Position numbers and translations under genes: made by a program. A stretch of 64,000 nt of DNA from Lepidodermella squamata (taxonomy: Eukaryota; Animalia; Gastrotricha): NCBI GenBank assembly GCA_047495785.1, contig JBLDXI010000029.1, positions 3,534,001 to 3,598,000 of the forward strand. The letters are read 5' to 3'. This document shows, in pieces, positions 35,838 through 49,665 of this stretch. How positions within the stretch are numbered: position 1 is the stretch's first letter; every line of letters begins with the position of its first letter. The notes beneath the pieces were generated by a model, which saw only the letters and a program-made list of their open reading frames with translations, ran no database searches and was not told the DNA's origin.

Positions 35838-38088
35838 CACTGTTAATATAGTAACGCCTTCAAAAAGCCCTGGCGTTACTATTTTGTGACTTTTCCGTGA
35901 TTCACTGAAAATAGTAACGCCTGATGTTGCTACATATTTTAGTAACGCCTTGAGAACATTTTCAGTAAAATTAGTAACGCTTTCAATCTTCGAAGTAATT
36001 CGTAACGCGATACGCTTTTTGAATAGGACAAATTTTTGTATCTTTTAATTTAGTAACGCCTGAGAGTAAATCAGCAACGCGTTTCTGAATATTCGTAAAT
36101 GTATAACGCGTTACTCATTAATGAACAGTGCATTGTAAAACGAGTAGCGCATGCTCTGAAAATAAGTAACGCCTGCAGCCGATTTCTTGTCGTTTAAATA
36201 GTGACGCCTTGCGAACAAAATTACTCCGACAAAACTTGAATCAAAGATTAAACTACAAATGACAAAGGACAACTGCCGCCGATTACGCGCGGTAATGTCC
36301 AGCCAGGTAGGCGAAGTTACGCTCTCCAATCTGATATATAATGTGTCGTTCCGATTTTGCATTATAAAAAACTTTTACGCGCATGGTCTCTTATCTGATC
36401 GTTTAACTGCGAAACCCAAAATCATGTAGCAGAGCCTTAAAATTACTGTGCAATAGACAAAAATTTTCATTTTAAACGTCGTTTCTCGAAAAACAGACCC
36501 CGGGCCGTCCCATATTCGCGCTCGGAAACTATGACGATGACTGAAATCACTAGTAAATCAGTTATGACTTCTTATGACTTCTGCGTTGAGTCAACGTCAA
36601 ATAAGTAACGCCTTGTTTCGATGTGAATGTACAGTACACACAAAAAATAAGGTCCCCCCTGGTGAAGGTCATCGGAAAATGCAAAAATTTAGGGCCAACA
36701 TTTTTACCCGTAATGTTTTTGTAATATTTATATTTCTTATAATTAAATAAAAAATATTTAATATATTTAATATAATTTTAAAAATTAATTTTGCCGCAGT
36801 AGAAAATGTTGTTCCTAATTTTTCAGCACATTTTTTTCAAAATCGGTAACGGTTACATTATGATTTTATTCGTATTTGTTGTAGGCGGCTGTCCGCGGTA
36901 TCTTTTAAGACCAAAATATGCATAGCTTTCCATCTTTTTCTAAACGCTGAGTGTTACTTTGTGTCAAATCGCTCAAAAACATCATAAATTCGAGGCTTTT
37001 GTAGGCGTTATTTCAAAATCTAACATGGTAACGCCTCAATTTCTTTGCGCTAAATGAAAGAGCAAGACGAAAAACGCAAGTTACATGAAGAAAAGCGTGG
37101 CCTTACCATCGTCGTTTCAAAGCTTCTTCCCTTTGAATGAAACTTTCATAAATTCAACTTCTCCGCATTTCTAGATTTCCCGCCCGCAAAGCCCTCTTAA
37201 AGATGCAGTCTTTAGGTGTTTTAGTCACAACTAAGCTAGCTCAACAAGAATGTCAATAGATCACGCTCATATCTTTTATGGATATGAAATTGCAGAGCCA
37301 AATGTAGACACTTGCTCTGTGTTTAACCGCTCTTGGCCCCAAACAATTTCACAACGAGGATGGTAAGGCCACGCTTTTATTCATGTAACTTGCGTTTTTC
37401 GTCTTGCTCTTTCATTTAGCGCAAAGAAATTGAGGCGTTACCATGTTAGATTTTGAGATAACGCCTACAAAAGCCTCAAATTTATGATGTTTTTGAGCGA
37501 TTTGACACAAAGTAACACTCAGCGTTTAGAAAAAGATGGAAAGCTATGCATATTTTGGTCTTAAAAGATACCGCGGACAGCCGCCTACAACAAATACGAA
37601 TAAAATCATAATGTAACCGTTACCGATTTTGAAAAAAATGTGCTGAAAAATTAGGAACAACATTTTCTACTGCGGCAAAATTAATTTTTAAAATTATATT
37701 AAATATATTAAATATTTTTTATTTAATTATAAGAAATATAAATATTACAAAAACATTACGGGTAAAAATGTTGGCCCTAAATTTTTGCATTTTCCGATGA
37801 CCTTCAGCAGGGGGGACCTTATTTTTTGTGTGTACCGTAAATGCGTAACGCGTTACAGTTTTCTACAAAATTTTAATTCGTAGCGCCTTGAGTTGAATGA
37901 GTAACGCCATGGATTGGGGAGAAGTAACGCCTCGCCAAGAAACGAGTAACGCCTGGATATTTAAATAAACAACGCGTTGCTATTTTTCAAGCCCAGGCGT
38001 TACTATATTTTAAATAGGCTACGCGTTACCGTAACAAAGAAATAACGCGTTACGCATTTATTTTTTAGGCGTTATTTTATTAACAGTG
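35838..38088. mobile_element. Non-autonomous EnSpm/CACTA-type element
   Basis: CACTGTTAATA..TAACGCC TIRs, 2-bp TSD AA, numerous GTAACGCC subterminal repeats. Confidence 0.8.
36632..37837. mobile_element. Foldback-type element: ~480-bp near-perfect TIRs around a ~240-bp spacer
   Basis: 36632-37116 is the reverse complement of 37353-37837 with few mismatches; TA on both sides. Confidence 0.8.
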
Positions 38089-38499
38089 AATCCGTGTCCG
38101 TCTCTTTCTGCACGTTGGCATGCCAACTGTCTTAAGGCGTAGAAACGGTCTATTTTTAGCTTCTGCATTCACTTACAGCCCTCGTTATAGCTTTCCCTTG
38201 TTTAAAGACCGGGTCTGGCTCCCGACCCAGTGCTTTTATCGAGGGAGCACTGTATTGCACCTTTAGATGAAAGTTCACTCATGTTGAAACGATGAGAAAC
38301 ACTGAAGGGACCTGGTAACAGCAAAACGAGATTTGTTCAAACGATGGCTTGTTCCACAGCTCAAAAAAGTTTGATATTCAAGTTTTCTAGCACTGAGTTA
38401 TGAATTAGTGTAGCAAGTCAATTTCGTGGATAATGATGCATTTTTTCCGCTGAAAGTCAGAGTCGAGGATCAGTAGAATGAATCTCCTGGGTGAAGACA

Positions 38500-40440
38500 T
38501 TTATTTATTTATTTATTTATTTATTTATAAGCTTTAACGCCCAGAAGAGGGCAGCTTGACAAGAGGTAATTTGAAAGTGAAACATGCAATTGCAGGACAG
38601 TTTACAGATGAATAGGACATTGGCAAATGATAACAAAAATTACTTTTTACGAGTGCAGATAGTGTAGTAGTGATGTAACAACAATTTTTAGGCAACAACA
38701 ATTCTTGACAAGCTGGATAGCTTTATAAAAATATAAGATACATACAAGACAAAATCAAGGCTAATTTATATTCAATTTCAATTTGCCGGCATTATTGGAA
38801 TAACAATACTGATAAACAGCTTCACGACATTCCTGCGCTGATTCTGCTTGATGTGCTGCCGTCGGTAGCTGGTTCCACCAATCAGGCCCGCGGTAGCCTA
38901 AGCTGAGTGCACCGCGCTCTTTGCGTTCTGTTGGCTTGATCATTGGCTCAAAGTGACGAAAGCCGTACGCGCTGGCTTCGTTCAATTGGAATAGTGTTTG
39001 CAACATTGATGGCGCTTGTTGATGTAGACAGTTCCAGATGAATGTAGCAAGGTGGATCGCGTGTTTTTGATTCACGTCGACCCAACCTAGACGGCGTCTC
39101 AATGGTTCGGGATCAGCCAAGGGATGTGCACCGCAAATGACACGAATGGCCCGAGTTGATTACAATTTGGCTAGCGAACTCGGCGCTGCCTGACCCAGCG
39201 TGATGTCACCGTAATTCAAATGACTAAACACAAGCCCGTTGGCCATCATAATCGCCGTCTTTCTATCGACAAACTTGACGGCCAAGCGAAGGGCGTAGAG
39301 CCCTCTTCTCGCCTTGCTCTTGGCACTCCTTATTTGTTTTTTGAAGGTGAGTTTGTCGTCGATGATAAATCCGAGAGTTATCATTTCATTTGACGGTTGG
39401 ACAACCGCATCGCCGATAGTGATAGCGAAGTTTGGAGCCGAAGGAACGGCGCACTTGAGTATCATAAATTGAGACTTCTTACCATTGACAAGTGGAGAAT
39501 TGTTTGCCAACCACTTGCAGACCCGGTTCATTTGATTTTGTAGGACGGAGCGTAATTCATTGATATTACGGCTTGCAAAGTAGATCGTGATGTCGTCGGC
39601 GTATTGTTTTATTTTGCAATGCGTAACAACCGACGGTAGCTCGTTTACGTAAACAGTGAACATCAACGGGCCGAGAACGGATCCCTGCGGCACTCCATGA
39701 TGTATTGGTTCAAAGGATGAAAGTTCGCAATTGACCTTTGTAGCCTGTCTTCGATTGCCCAGATAACTCCGCAAAAGTCGAATCGCTGGTTCCGTCAGGC
39801 CTGCACTTCGGAACGATTCAAGAATACCCTCGTGATTGAGAGTATCGAAGGCTTTCGAAAGATCAATCGACATGGCTCCAACAATCTTGCCTTCGCACAT
39901 CGCTCTGCACCAATCCTCCGTGAATTCGGCTACACATGTGTCCGTTGAATGTTTTTCTCGAAACCCATGCTGAGCCGATGTAAAATATGTCGCAAGATGA
40001 ACCTTGAGCTGACCCGCTAGGCAGCGCTCGAATGTGCGAGCTACAGGGGATGTTATTGAAATAGGTCGGTAATTGCCAACGTCCACTCTGTTGCCAGATT
40101 TGTGCAGTGGGCTAACAATTGAGGCTTTCTAGTCATCGACAAAGACGCTCTCAGCAATCGCTAAATTGAACAGTTTGACAAGATAAGGCACGATTGTCGG
40201 CTTAGCCAGTTTCAAGATACTTTCTGGAATGCCATCAAAACCAGTTGTTGTTTTATGCGTTAACCTGTCGATAGCTGCTTCGACTTCTGTTGCAGAAATG
40301 GAGCGGAATTTGAAGGAAGACTTCGACCTGAAGCGTCGAGTGAAGTTCAGCCCAGCAGCCAATGCTTGAGCGGTCTTTGCGCCAGCTTGGACAAAAAACA
40401 GATTGAAGCAGTTAGCTTTCTCAGCGGCTTCCTCCTTTCC
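38500..40440 (-). mobile_element. 5'-truncated L2/CR1-group LINE, RT with nonsense codons, (TAAA)n tail
   Basis: NYRPISI, QHGFR, DLSKAFD, GVPQGSVLGP, YADD; stops at ~40130 and ~39160; microsatellite tail 38500-38528. Confidence 0.9.
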
Positions 40441-40734
40441 ATAATTCTTGTGGCTAGGTTATTTGTAACGATCCCTTAAATCTCTAAAATCAGTAAAAAT
40501 CATGAATTTAGAGTCCTTAAACGTCATCAAGCTTTAATCGGCTGGATAGAAATTCGAACTTTTCATTCATAGAAAGTCTTGAAAATTCTGCGAGGGATAG
40601 GGCCAGTTAGCCTGAAAGCTGACCGCAAATGATTGACAAGTATTGCGAGCAGTGTCGAAGATGGACCTTTCGCTGAGAGGGGGATAGTGATAGTGATGCG
40701 GAAATATCAGAAAAGCAAGGAAAACCGCGCCGAA

Positions 40735-41330
40735 AATGTAGTTTTTGTCTCAAACCGGGTGATATTCAGTCTCTCGGGGAAAATGAACCAGTGGATGGAT
40801 TTTTGATTTTCGGTATGGTTGGCTAGCCAAAGTCATGCTCTACAAAACTGGTTACTCGCGTTAAAAAATCATTCTGCCGTATTGAATGGAAAGCGACCCC
40901 AAAACTTCAAAATGAGGCTTGAAATAGCAGTTTTTCTCTCAAACCAGGCGACATTTGGGCACACGAGAACATGTAACTAATGGGCGGATTTACAACTTCT
41001 TGCTACCGTTAGAGAGCCCTAAGCATGTTCTACAAATCTAGTTTTTCTGTTCGAAACACTATTGCCGTATCACAGGGAAAGCAAGTTTTTCTTTGTCGAT
41101 TTACAATTTCTTGGTATCGTTAGATGTTAGATAGCTAAGCGTGTGCTCTACAAGGCGCTTGAAATCCATTCAACCGCATCGCAAAGCAAGAGACCCAAAA
41201 TATTGTCAACGTGAGACAAGCCGCAAACCGGGTGAAACCGGGTCCCCCGTGGACTTAACACTCCCGGTGGATTTGTGATTTCTTGGAATCATTAGACAGC
41301 TCAAGACCTGCTCTACAGGATATGGTATGG
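40735..41330. repeat. Degenerate internal tandem repeats (~160-190 bp), probably the body of a non-autonomous TE
   Basis: Recurring caaaccgg..g(g)attt..ttc(t)tggt..ttag..gctctaca motif three to four times. Confidence 0.5.
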
Positions 41331-41606
41331 TACAGGACATGCGGATTCTTGGTACTATTTTTTCATAATTTCAAATTTGGCTGCCTTTTCAAGCCAATTT
41401 CTTAGTTGCGAAGGTAAGGGTTAGGAATTAGGATTAGGGCTAGTTAAGGTTCAGGTTTCAGGTTAAGATTAATTTACCCCGTTTTCAACCATAGGCTACC
41501 GAAAGGAATTACAATTTTCGCGCTATTTTATTTCATTTTCTGCATTCAAAAAATCGATCAGTTCAAAACTTGGCGCGCGTGGGAAAACTCTCCGTCCAGT
41601 TGGTAG

Positions 41607-41725
41607 CACTGTGGCAAAAGTAACGCGTTCCACCCTAAGTAAAGCGTTACTTAAAAAATTAAAATTCTTTTGCTAAACTAGCGTTACTATTAATTTCTCT
41701 AGTAACGCGTTACTTTTCCACAGTG
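41607..41725. mobile_element. 119-bp CACTG-ended MITE
   Basis: TIR CACTGTGG(C)AAAAGTAACGCGTT, 2-bp TSD AG. Confidence 0.85.
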
Positions 41726-42812
41726 AGCAGAAGGAAGCTCACAATCATAAAAACTTTATCCGATTTGAATCAATTCTTAGACTGTCCCCAGCTGATGATT
41801 CAGCAATAATTCAAGTTCGATTCGCTCGCAAATAATATGATTTATAATTTAAAATGCTGTCTTGGAATGGCGATACAGCGTATTCGCACCTTACTTGGCG
41901 TACAAGCTCAGCTTGTTATAACCGAAGACAGAAATATGGGTGCTCAAAAAATTGTCTGAAATCAGCTGGGCCGATTTCGACAACTTTTTGCACAGTCTTA
42001 ACGGTGATAGATAAAGATAACGGTGATATCGGGTTTTAAAATCGTGTTTCAAATGGGCCTTCGAAAACCCCTAAAACTGATGTCGAATATTTTTCCTCCG
42101 GAAAAATTCTGCCGTGAGAGATAGCGGCACGCAATCTGAACGAGAAAGCAGGTTTGGCCGCTGGCCACGTCACCCGCAACCAGCTCTCCTGCCTCGTTAT
42201 AGTTAGGGCCCGGATCGTCGGTCCTGGTGCTGACCCACTCTTTGCCATGATCCTACGAAACGCCCTGAAAAACGACCTTGATTCTACCCTTAGTATTCCA
42301 TCGCAATCAAATCAGACCCATCGATGAGAAGCTTCTCTACCAGACCCGTTGTCTCTCTTATCTCCTGCCCACAGCTGCCGACAATTGAAATCACCACTGA
42401 CAACTTCCGGCCCGAACTAAACGCGCGCACTTGGATGATAATTTAGACTCTACTTCTGACTCTTCTTGTGCCGAATCATCCGGAAAATTGGGGTTTTCCA
42501 AACTTTCAAAACTCTCCACTTCGTTTGTATCGAACTCTTATGGCGAATTTTTCAAGGAATTTTTTACCGAAGTGGTTAGTTATGAATAAGGTTTATATCA
42601 TCTCTTCGAAATTAACCTGCTGGTCAACAAAAATGTCCACAATTTATTAAAATTGGAAGTGTCACAATGGAGAAAGATACATTTACATCTGATGTACGTG
42701 TAGCAGAAAGATAAGAAATAAGCGAAGAGGCAATAACAGCCTAGAGAAGCTGAAAAGGATATTCCAACTCTTCGCGTCCTCAAAGGCGTCATCAAAAGGC
42801 CCGTCACCGAAA

Positions 42813-42955
42813 AGCAGTTGCCGATGGGCTGGTTTATGCTTTTGGCTGTTTCCGCCCTTGAAAAACTCGAAAAGCATCATCTCCGCATTCGAAATATTCC
42901 TTCTGTGAAGAAGGAACAATCTGACTTTGTCATAAAGATCGACGTCATTTGACGC
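42813..42955 (-). pseudogene. ~140-bp remnant of a further NLR paralog (post-NB-ARC helical region)
   Basis: ASNDVDLYDKVRLFLLHRRNISNAEMMLFEFFKGGNSQKHKPAHRQLL, matching ~4390-4530. Confidence 0.85.
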
Positions 42956-44649
42956 TCTTAGACGAGGCAATAGGCCCAGACATGGTAGACCAGGCAAGCT
43001 TGCAGTTAGGTTCAAGTAGAGAGCTTTTTTTAAACTCGACAACACTGTACTCAAAAGTGTTCACCAGAAAAATGACGAACCACAAATGACCCCCAACTTG
43101 TCTTCTTCCCCCCAACCACAGCACGAACTCCGCCAATCGCAGGGTGGAGGTCGTCGAAATTTGTCATGTTTGTTAATTTGTTAATAGCGATTTGTCATGA
43201 TGTACAAATAGATGACATCGCAAACGATGTGCCGTAGTGCCGCAAATGCCCGCCATATAAATGTCGAGAATTCGAATTTTCGATAAACTTAAATGACCAT
43301 ACTTGCCGTTTCTGGTTTGCTTATCGACAGCTATTGGCAGAATTATGAGGGAATAGAGTGTTAAGATGATGCCGCTGATGAATTTTATGACAACTATGTA
43401 GACCAGGTAGACAGTTTCCGAAGTGTGAGGAATTATTGAGAAAACAAGTGTTAGCAGGACTGAATTTCCCAATACGGCTGTGATTGCAAATGAAGCTCTA
43501 AAAAAGGAGAAAACAAGGAACATAAAAGAAACATAACGAAACCTCCTCTAACTTATGGCAGACTCATGGCATAATTTTTTCAAAATTTTTAAATAATTGG
43601 TAAATTTATTGAAAAATGATTAAATGTGAAACTTCAATTTAAATATTTGAATTTTGATTCGAAAATCAATTTTTTTTATTTCACTTGAAAATCGAGGAGT
43701 AATTTTTTTAAAGTTTGATATTCATCCGGATATTTGATATTTAATTGTTTAGGAATTTCGAATAAATTTGTAGAATTGTATTTCAACCTGTCCGGCAGTT
43801 CCGGAGGCATGGCCAGGCTGAAAACTTGAAGCAGATACGTAGCCATAGTTGGTATCAAAATATTAATGATGTAATACAAATATTTCCGCTTCAGACTTAT
43901 CGTACACTCTAAGATCTGACACGGTTTTCGCCTATATTAAAAACCTAGTCCGTAACCCGTGTCATTTTTCGCACGAGACCCGTTATGTAAGGTGAGACTA
44001 TCTGAACCGGGACGCCCGGCTTTCGACCCGGCTGTGGCGTATCGCCATACGTAACGGGTCTCGTGCGAAAAATGACACGGGTTTGCCCCGGCTTTGGCCA
44101 GGCCCGGTTTACGCCCGGTTAATGAAACCCAGCTCCATACTTTCCCGCGGCTTAAACTCGCCGAACTGACAAAAAACAAACAATTTTTCTGCCAATAAAT
44201 TCAATTTATTGGGATTTTCGAAAGTTGCAGATGTGAAATGATAATAATATGGATAATATGAGTATAAGAAGAGTATAAGAAGAAATGAAAAAAATGAGTA
44301 GAATAAGACATAGTTATCTAAGAAATCACATATAATCACATATTGAGGGGCACTTTTCGACATTAAGAAGACGATCATCGAATCACCGGTATATAGATTT
44401 CAACGACGCGACAATTTCAGGAAAATAACAAACAAAACAAACAAAAATCAAGATATAATTTGCTCGCGAATAATAATATGTTTGCGCATTATCACACGAT
44501 AATAAGACATCAGCCACACATTAAACAGCAATTAGCTACGCTGGCTCTGGTTTTGTTCAAAGAAGTGCAACAGCAGTGCACTGTGTTCATGATCATGATC
44601 ATGATCACGACATGAACGACTTGTGCAAGAAGGAGACGAAGAAGTGAGC

Positions 44650-45570
44650 TCAGCTCTTTTTCTTCGTCTCCTTCTTGCACAAGTCGTTCATCTCGTGAGC
44701 ACTACGGCACTTCTTTGAACAAAACCAGAAGCAGCATAGCTTGGACGGGCACTGCTTCCAACCCTTACCGTTGGCTTTGATTGGGTCTTCAGCTCCCTTA
44801 ATCCACGCTCGCAGGCAGAACCGGCATGTGTAACGATCGATAATCACTGGGGCCAACGGCAGCTCGTTAGGCAGCAGGGTTTCCTCATCACTGACGTCTT
44901 CAACATTGACCTATGTGAACGAGATGAAAAATAAATTAACCTCATTTTTAATGATATTTTTAACCAAAATAAACTACAGATTTTCAGGGAATTAAAAATT
45001 ACTTGCAAAAATAAAAAAACTTACTCGACTAGCCGAGGGAGTTTGAGCAGCATCAGCAGCAGCGGCCAGCACAGCTCGCTTCTTACTTGCACGTGAAGCG
45101 GTGGAATCTAGCGCCTGGAGCCACCCCTGAAAAATGAAAATAGGGACATTAATTTAATGTCAGCTTCATTTTACGAATTCATACATAAGGCTTTCGGGCT
45201 CTCATATTCCACTTTGGCCATTTCGGAAAGGCAAGGTACAAATTTTTATAGACTTGATGAATCTCCGAAGACCGTTTTCCAATTTGCTCCTTGGTCGCTT
45301 TTGGTGGGAGCTCAGCCACATTATCTCTGTTGAACGGAAATGGCAAAATATTAATTCAGATGGCTAGAGGAAATCGTTTATGCTTAATGCCCGCCCCGCT
45401 TATATATATTCCGCCTTTATAAATATTCAGGGAATATGCAATGAACTAACCTGACTTTAGAGCGCATTAGCATCCTAAGTACCATCAGTTCACTCGCGTC
45501 TTGTTCCGCTGTCAAATTTTCGAAAATTTGACAGCGGGAAGTCGTCGAACATTTCCTATATGGTGACATT
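44650..45570 (-). CDS. Spliced accessory gene of the CACTA element (at least 4 exons), Cys-rich zinc-finger-like C-terminus
   Basis: In-frame GT-AG splices: ..MLMRSKVR|DNVAELPP..RKPY|GWLQALD..SASR|VNVEDVSD..CRFC..CPSKLCCFWFCSKKCRSAH..C. Confidence 0.65.
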
Positions 45571-45645
45571 GAAATATTAAGAAACGAATTATAATTAAAT
45601 ATGCGTTTAAATTTTTCTCGGACCTTTCTGAAACTCGCCATTGGG

Positions 45646-48600
45646 TTATAGAAATTGTGAAACAAGCTGAAACTGGTTTGAATTTTCCGCAGAACTGAAG
45701 CATTCCATCGGCCAAGGAATAACGAGGGTGGAGGGGTCTACATAAACTTCACTTCCCACATTGTTGAATTCTACGCTGTAGCCGGCTAAGATTGTGTCAT
45801 ACTTCACACTTTTCGACAGCGTAAGCTCCAAGAGATATCCTCTGTTAGTTTTGCAGATATTCGTTATCCTCCCAAATTTCAGATCGGCCGGGTCGAGGTA
45901 ACAGACTACATCGCCGGGCTTAAAGATAACGTTTCTATAAGTTAGTTTTGAATACGTCGTAACTAGTTCTCTCACACCAGGAATTCTTATTGCATCATCG
46001 GGCGCCGAAGTTTCATCAGCCTTGAATTTGAAAGAGGCTGCAAATCGGAGGAGGGCGAATTTAGCAACAGATAAAACGATGTTTCGCCGGTTCCAATATT
46101 TCTTCGCTTTCAGTACTGCGTGATACGCTTCAAATCTCATTGTCCATGTGAGGCGGAGAGGACCCAACACAGTCATCTGCGCACTCAAATGTAGCAGATA
46201 GTGGTGCTTCGGAACAATGTTACTCGACGAGTACAGATTTTTGTAGGCCCTGTGATGGCTACAAACTAGCTTTTCAAGTTGTTTCGCTATAGCGTCGTTG
46301 GCGATCGGCGACATACACAATTTAAAAGCTTGCAGCAATTTCGAAAAACAGGAAGCCTCAGGGGTTTTGTCGTAATTCGGAATAATGTTGCGTAAAATTA
46401 ACGGCAAATTGATCGCAAGTTCAGCAATGCCGTTCGCATTTGCAACACATTTGAAATTGTGTTTGAATTCTTTCGGCTTGTCCGAAGGGAAAGGATACGA
46501 TAGCAGGGCTTCATTTAAAACTTCTACGCTGATCATTCGCTTTTTAGCAAAACTGTTCAACATCAGCTGAATTTCACGCGGAATGACGCCTTCGCCGAAT
46601 ATGTGCATCACATCAAACGCCACTTGAGTTACCAACGAAAAATTGGTGAGCGATGCAAGAGCAGAACGATAATTCAAGCCCAGTTTTATACTACGTTTCT
46701 TTAGATCCTCGGGATTTTTGGCTGCATAAAGCTTCTTCAAGTCATTCACGTACGTTTGAATAGTTCTTGCTTTACAGGACCTGGCTGTTGAATGGAGGTG
46801 CATCTCTTTAAATGAAGTTTTGCAATTTTTGCAAATTCGTCTCGTATTCTTACTGAAAGAGCATTTAAGGCCGCAAATGTCATGTAACTGAAGGCAATCA
46901 CCACAAACAGCAAATAAATCGCCACGAACATTGTACATTTCCGAATTTGGCAACTCGATGCCGTCCTCACTCTGCAAGTCACGAATGACTTGAAAAAAAT
47001 CACTAAGTATCGCCTTATAATTGCCTTCTTTATCAAATCTATGCTTGACTTTCATTGATTTCGATTTTACAAAAGCCAAAGGTATGAACGCTCTCACGCT
47101 GCTACGAGCCCACGGGTAAATATTACTAATCATTACTTGAAAAATCAGTAACTTATCAACACCTCTAGCAGCACCGATGGGGTTGCTAAATTCCAATTCG
47201 TCGCAATACAACACGACGACCAGCCCATTAGGATCAACTGAATAGAGCTTGTGATTTCTAGCGAATGACGTGTGGCAGAAGTCCTGCTCGTAGTTGAGCA
47301 TTTTCTTCAACGGATTCAGATACATATCCCGATATCCGGGTTTTCGGAAGAAACAATCCAACGACTCGCGAAACGGAATTCTGATGCCTTTCTCACCATT
47401 TGGCAACATACATTCTTCCAAAGATGGTACTGAGTAATGGCATTTTAGCATCGCCAAACGTCCATTAGCTGAAAGCAATTTCTTGGCAGCTCTAATCAAA
47501 CGACATTTGTCAGGACCAGGAGGCTCCATATCCCGAACATTCTGTAGATTCATCGCAGCGGCTTCATTCACAACTTTGTCAGTGGCGAAATGATCTGCCG
47601 CCATGCCAACCAAGCGGAGCAGCCACGCTTTCACAATTATTCGAACTCTGTCATCTGAAACCGGTTCCTTGATCTTTTGCGGAATTAGGGGATGATGAGG
47701 GTATGAATTCGGAATTCGGATCATTAACATAACTGAGCGAGTCATTTGGGCTCAGCTGCGGGCATTCTTCTGGGCGACTTTGACCTGAGAGGCTACATTT
47801 CTTTTTAACCTGGTGGACGCGATACTTGTGTTGGTTAGGGAAATTTCCACCACAGCTACACTTGTAAACTCCTACCCCTCCCCCGGCAGAAAGCGACGAG
47901 TGAGTCTGCACATGAGCTTCAAATCGATTACGAAAAGTTGAGTTGAAATCGCAAAAAGGACAACGATGTATCTTAGAGAAAAGGAAATAAGTTTTTACAT
48001 TTATAGGCGACATCGTACCATCGAACGAAATTGATGCGTTGCAGATTACCATTTAAATTAAATCAATTAATTTAATAAAATAACAAACCTTGGCTTTGTC
48101 TTCCAACTTCTTCTTATCGCCGTCTTTCTCTTTGGCTTCCTCATGCTTGCTCTTCTTTGACTTCTTGGTCTTCTTGTCAGAGATATCTTGCTCATCTTCT
48201 GTGGAATCCTCGCTGCTGCTAGGGCGTTTGTCAGACTTCGATGACGTGGCTTTCTTCTGATCCCTTTTCTGCCCGCTCTGAAAATTCTTCTTCTGCCCAT
48301 CAGTTGAAACTGTCTTCTTCTGCTTTGGCTTCGAGCCACTCGATGCATCACTGGGGTTTTCAACTTTGACTTTTTTAGATGGAATGACATGTTCTTTCGA
48401 GAAATCCGTGGACGAATCGCTGTCTTCAGATTCAGAACTTAGAACGAACCCATCATCACATGATACCATTCGTTGATCCGTAGGATAGCCCGAGCCATAT
48501 GAGTATAGCCGATTCTCATTGTTTCCAATGGTCTGTTGATTCTGATCATAAAGCTGCTGTTGCTGCTGCTGAGGCTGGTGAGTTTGGTGAACGACAGGCT

Positions 48601-48661
48601 GATTTTGGTGATAAAGATGCTGCTGCTGCTGAGGCTGGAAAGCGTGAGGCTGATTGTCCAT
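45646..48661 (-). CDS. EnSpm/CACTA transposase with N-terminal Q/K-rich exon and C2H2 zinc fingers (frame break near 47680)
   Basis: LYCDELEFSNPIG, GDCL..CKNC, DVMH..EG, PKHHYLLH..GPL..WTMRFEAYH. Phase-0 intron 48088-47972 links the Q-rich exon to IHRCPFC..H..H; the ZnF and catalytic ORFs overlap out of frame. Confidence 0.8.
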
Positions 48662-49665
48662 AGCAATAAGAGTCTAGAACAATTCGCATAAAGTTTTGTT
48701 TCAGCAAAAGAAAGTAATAAGATTTACCGAGTGTTGAAATGGCATGTGACCACAATTTACACAAATAGGGCTTCCCTCAACCATCCGGCAGAATCCCGGG
48801 CAAGTGCATTGAATGCAAAACCCGAGTGGCTGATTAGCCATGTTGGTGTTCTAGTAGAAAGTAGGACAGCAAAATACAAAATTATAAAACAGATTTATCA
48901 GAATGATCAACTAACCGTCGTCACTGGCGTTTTATCGAAATGATTCATCTCAACTTAAAGCTGCACCTAGGAATTTAAGGAAAAATTGTCTGGTTCAAAT
49001 AGGTACGCTAAGACGTATAAATCATGCGAATCTTTTGGTTGGACCCTTCCTCCGCACGGCACACAACAAGCCAAAAAAAGCCTGAAAAACTGAAAAGGGA
49101 CTGAGCCTGTTCACTCGAAGTGGAAGATATTGATTGTGTTAACACGGTCGATGGCCGATTCTTCGATTCCTGGAACCCAGATTGCGGTTCTATTACGGCC
49201 GCTACAGTAACAAGTAAAGCGCGGGGAGGCGGGAATTTTCAAAAAGTAAAAAGTAAAAATAATCAATAATAAAAACATAAAAACAGGCAAATACAAATTA
49301 TAAAACAATTAAAATAAACGTGGAAATAGTCCGCTAATTATTTTGATTACTGCGCTGTTTTTTGAACCCGATCGCAGAGTAGTGGTAAAAAGGGGCTGTG
49401 TATCATAGCGGGATCCCTGTGTGACAAGACTTATACCTAACTGTTGATGAGTCGCCCTACGTACCTCAAACGTACCTCAAATGGCGCTACGTTTTATCAG
49501 TGACGTATAAGCTGAACGGCCTGGATGAAACTGCTCAAGTCCCTGACTACCTCAAAGGGCACGTTTTGCAAGCCTGCCTCGAAAATGTGAGAAAAACTGA
49601 GAGGTCAAATCTGTTCAAAGAATTATTTAAATGTGTTATCTCTTCATTAGGCATCGTAATAATAA

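Larger units (their letters stand above)
34351..38252. mobile_element. Non-autonomous pogo/Tigger-like element hosting nested insertions
   Basis: TA|CAGTGCTCCCTCG ... CGAGGGAGCACTG|TA; same TIR family as 19059-19197. Confidence 0.65.

Noticed and set aside
41410-41475. Interstitial telomere
   Set aside because: Only a few degenerate GGTTAG-like units, more typical of TE subterminal sequence.
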